From positions 682,001 through 746,000 of the forward strand of contig NW_019028996.1 in assembly GCF_002105155.1 (NCBI RefSeq): a stretch of DNA of 64,000 bases. The letters run 5' to 3'. The position numbers and the translations under genes are program-made. Shown here piece by piece: positions 61,499 through 64,000 of this stretch; positions within the stretch are counted from its first letter, which is position 1; each line of letters begins with the position of its first letter. The notes beneath the pieces were generated by a model. It saw nothing but the letters and a program-made list of their open reading frames with translations, was not told where the DNA came from and made no database searches. The stretch comes from Lobosporangium transversale. Lineage: Eukaryota.

Positions 61499-62752
61499 TT
61501 AATTATGGTTTGTAGCATCGAACAGAACATTAGCTAGATTAATATCTAGTTTATTAATATTCCTACAAAGTTGGTTACGCAATTTCTTTAGTTCTGAGCT
61601 CAGAACAACATAGTTGGGAGGTTTATGTATATTGAAATTGACTCCTTTATTTAAGACTTGAAGAATATCATGGGGGATGGATTGTACGGAAGACATATTG
61701 TTGACTCCGACAAAATCATGTAAATCTACTTTTTTTGTTTCTGAGGGGATGGGGCTTTTTTCACGGGGCCTTTTCCTTTCTTTACATGGGTGGTTTTCTT
61801 GGAGGACGTTGGGGGACCACCTTTCTTCTTGTCTTTCTTCGCCATCGATGGGCCTTTTGGTCCTTTGTATTTGTTGGTGTCGTTCTGTCGACGTGATGGC
61901 TTGGGTTTGCTTGGCTTCTTCTTCGAGGCGTCCTTCTTGGTATTCTAGAGGGAAAGTAGAGTTGATCTTAGAATAGATTATATTTAATCGTGGAGCAAAC
62001 CAAAGGGAAACAATTATCTTGAATACCTTTAATCCAAGATTTAATTGCTGGAATTCTGCAGTGGCTCGTAATACTTGCACTTGAGCAGAAAACTCAATAG
62101 CAGTGGCACGAATCAGCTTGTAGGTGAAGTCTTTACCCAGATTATTCAGATGAGAATTGTTTTCAACGGCCACAAGGGCAGATGAAAGGGTGTCCGCTAG
62201 CTGTCTGGGGAGGGTGTCATTGAGTTCACTTTGGCATTGTTGGATGATATTTGCTTTGTCAGCTTTAATGGCCGATACTAACAAATTGTCAAACGAAGTG
62301 CTAAGTGTAGCAAGGACGTCCTTTGACAGGGTAACACGGTTATTGTTGACAGTAAGATGTCCCCAATAGCCTAGTTGTGTCTTAGCGTTGACTTCACGCA
62401 GAATCTTCTGAGCCATTCGGATTTTATCCAAAAGAATGGCCGCCTTATTGACAAATTTGCTTAAGATGTCTGCGGCAACCCTGTCAGTCATCGTTCCCTT
62501 TTTGAAAGAGGGAAGATAGGAACCAGGGTTCAGAGAGGTGTCACTATTCCCAATATGATTATTGAGACGAGCGACGAGCTGCTCGAGGGTGGGAAGGTCT
62601 GCCGGTGCAGTCCCTCCTCCCATCTCGGCATCGGCATCGATCATAGCCTGACCTGGAACTTGTTGACCTGGGGTGACTTGGAAGACATCCTGGTTTCCAC
62701 GGGCAGAGCTTGACGATGAGGAGGGGCCGGGGGCAGCGTGAGTATTGACCAT
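61499..62752 (-). CDS. PLE ORF1 (helical protein; probable intron 61945-62026 gives a basic tail with stop at 61726-61728); the unspliced frame runs into the RT N-terminal region
   Basis: ATG 62752 just after the pseudo-LTR; unspliced C-terminus VNNMSS..LQVLNKGVNF resembles the pre-RT motif of PLEs. Confidence 0.7.
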   Translation of the reverse strand: MVNTHAAPGPSSSSSSARGNQDVFQVTPGQQVPGQAMIDADAEMGGGTAPADLPTLEQLVARLNNHIGNSDTSLNPGSYLPSFKKGTMTDRVAADILSKFVNKAAILLDKIRMAQKILREVNAKTQLGYWGHLTVNNNRVTLSKDVLATLSTSFDNLLVSAIKADKANIIQQCQSELNDTLPRQLADTLSSALVAVENNSHLNNLGKDFTYKLIRATAIEFSAQVQVLRATAEFQQLNLGLKVFKIIVSLWFAPRLNIIYSKINSTFPLEYQEGRLEEEAKQTQAITSTERHQQIQRTKRPIDGEERQEERWSPNVLQENHPCKERKRPREKSPIPSETKKVDLHDFVGVNNMSSVQSIPHDILQVLNKGVNFNIHKPPNYVVLSSELKKLRNQLCRNINKLDINLANVLFDATNHN

Positions 62753-62830
62753 CTTGAGAGGAACTTGAGGGTTTTTGATAAGTAGGATGGGTTTTTTTGT
62801 GAAAAAGTGGAAAAAGTGACTGAGAGTGAG

Positions 62831-62889
62831 AAAGAAGACTGCGGGACAAGTGCTTGTTTCGATCTTTTCTCTTCAGCCTTGTCTTCTTT
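62831..62889 (-). ncRNA. Type I hammerhead ribozyme, copy 3 (5' pseudo-LTR of the full element)
   Basis: Identical to copy 1; predicted cleavage after GUC, between 62845 and 62844. Confidence 0.88.
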
Positions 62890-63227
62890 TTATACTTTTT
62901 TCACGCCTCTCGGACTCTCGGGAGAGAGGGTGAACGGTAACCCAAAAAGGAATCATTATCCAAATCGGGTCTCATCCGGAAACTCCTAGATTGTTTCAGA
63001 TTGAGTCAGTTATGACGTAAGATCTAAAATTAATCTAAGTATAGATTACAAATAATTTATCCGAACGGTTAGACTAAAAAAGGAAGGTCTAAGTCCGAAA
63101 AAATCCTAGGATATATGTATCATTTCCGTGGTACGCGTCGACCTAGCAAACAGGTTTATTTGGAGCCAGCAAACCAGTTATTTGTGGCTTTCTACTCCTT
63201 AACTAGGGTCACGTGACAAAATTTATT

Positions 63228-63368
63228 TTTAGGTATCTATTTTTAGGGTCTATTTTTAGGGTTCTATTTTAGGGTTTTTTTTAGGGTTATTTTTTAGGGT
63301 TTTTTTTAGGGTTATTTTTAGGGTATAGGGTTTTTTTATTTTTAGGGTTATTTTTAGGGTTATTTTAG
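63228..63368 (+). repeat. Degenerate telomere-like tract between pseudo-LTRs 3 and 4
   Basis: Starts like the encoded tract, then diverges into irregular TTATTTTTAGGG-type units. Confidence 0.9.
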
Positions 63369-63423
63369 GATAAGTAGGATGGGTTTTTTTTGTGAAAAAG
63401 TGGAAAAAGTGACTGAGAGTGAG

Positions 63424-63482
63424 AAAGAAGACTGCGGGACAAGTGCTTGTTTCGATCTTTTCTCTTCAGCCTTGTCTTCTTT
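63424..63482 (-). ncRNA. Type I hammerhead ribozyme, copy 4
   Basis: Identical to copy 1. Confidence 0.88.
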
Positions 63483-63820
63483 TTATACTTTTTTCACGCC
63501 TCTCGGACTCTCGGGAGAGAGGGTGAACGGTAACCCAAAAAGGAATCATTATCCAAATCGGGTCTCATCCGGAAACTCCTAGATTGTTTCAGATTGAGTC
63601 AGTTATGACGTAAGATCTAAAATTAATCTAAGTATAGATTACAAATAATTTATCCGAACGGTTAGACTAAAAAAGGAAGGTCTAAGTCCGAAAAAATCCT
63701 AGGATATATGTATCATTTCCGTGGTACGCGTCGACCTAGCAAACAGGTTTATTTGGAGCCAGCAAACCAGTTATTTGTGGCTTTCTACTCCTTAACTAGG
63801 GTCACGTGACAAAATTTATT

Positions 63821-63921
63821 TTTAGGTATCTATTTTTAGGGTCTATTTTTAGGGTTCTATTTTAGGGTTTTTTTAGGGTTATTTTTAGGGTTTTCTTTTA
63901 GGGTTATTTTTAGGGTTAGGG
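63821..63921 (+). repeat. Element-encoded degenerate telomere-like tract of the next copy
   Basis: Same as 59649-59749 and followed by the same tcaaggagggtcagctctgg 3' UTR. Confidence 0.9.
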
Positions 63922-64000
63922 TCAAGGAGGGTCAGCTCTGGCCTATACCATGAACCTGAGAAAACTCCTAAAAAATCTAAAGAAAACTTACTAAGTCTAA

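Larger units (their letters stand above)
58607..64000 (-). mobile_element. Head-to-tail array of an endonuclease-deficient Penelope-like retroelement (Athena/Coprina type)
   Basis: Four essentially identical ~450-bp pseudo-LTRs (GATAAG at 58610, 59198, 62777, 63369), each followed by a telomere-like tract; ORF1 and RT between; 3' UTR of the next copy starts at 63922. Confidence 0.92.

Noticed and set aside
62935..62985. Second hammerhead-like motif (minus strand cggatgagaccc..gggtt)
   Set aside because: CGGAUGA instead of CUGANGA and no GAAA after the stem.
1..64000. tRNA or rRNA genes
   Set aside because: None recognised; the only tRNA-related sequence is the Gypsy primer-binding site.

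Overview
Eukaryotic, intron-rich fungal DNA. The long A/T homopolymers and Crinkler-type genes suggest an early-diverging fungus such as Mortierellaceae (inference). The window appears to run into a right-hand chromosome end in three zones. (1) 1-10 kb holds four ordinary spliced genes: WDR48/Duf1-like, PQ-loop, anoctamin/Ist2 and SYLF. (2) 10-58.6 kb is a nested subtelomeric mosaic: a Crypton-type tyrosine recombinase, MULE pseudogenes, two Crinkler genes, nuclease-fold orphan genes, hAT elements and MITEs, Tc1 elements (one intact, DD39E), several solo LTRs, and three copies of one chromodomain Ty3/Gypsy element, each carrying its own LTR inserted antisense into pol. (3) 58.6-64 kb is a head-to-tail array of an endonuclease-less Penelope-like retroelement, 5' ends toward the telomere, interleaved with T-rich TTAGGG-like tracts. 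Each of its four pseudo-LTRs contains a complete type I hammerhead ribozyme folded by eye. ORF1 seems to have an intron and an A-AAA-AAG -1 slippery site leading into the RT frame, and the array is fused directly onto a broken Gypsy copy, as expected for chromosome-end healing. All calls come from motif reading without database searches; exon boundaries are approximate.
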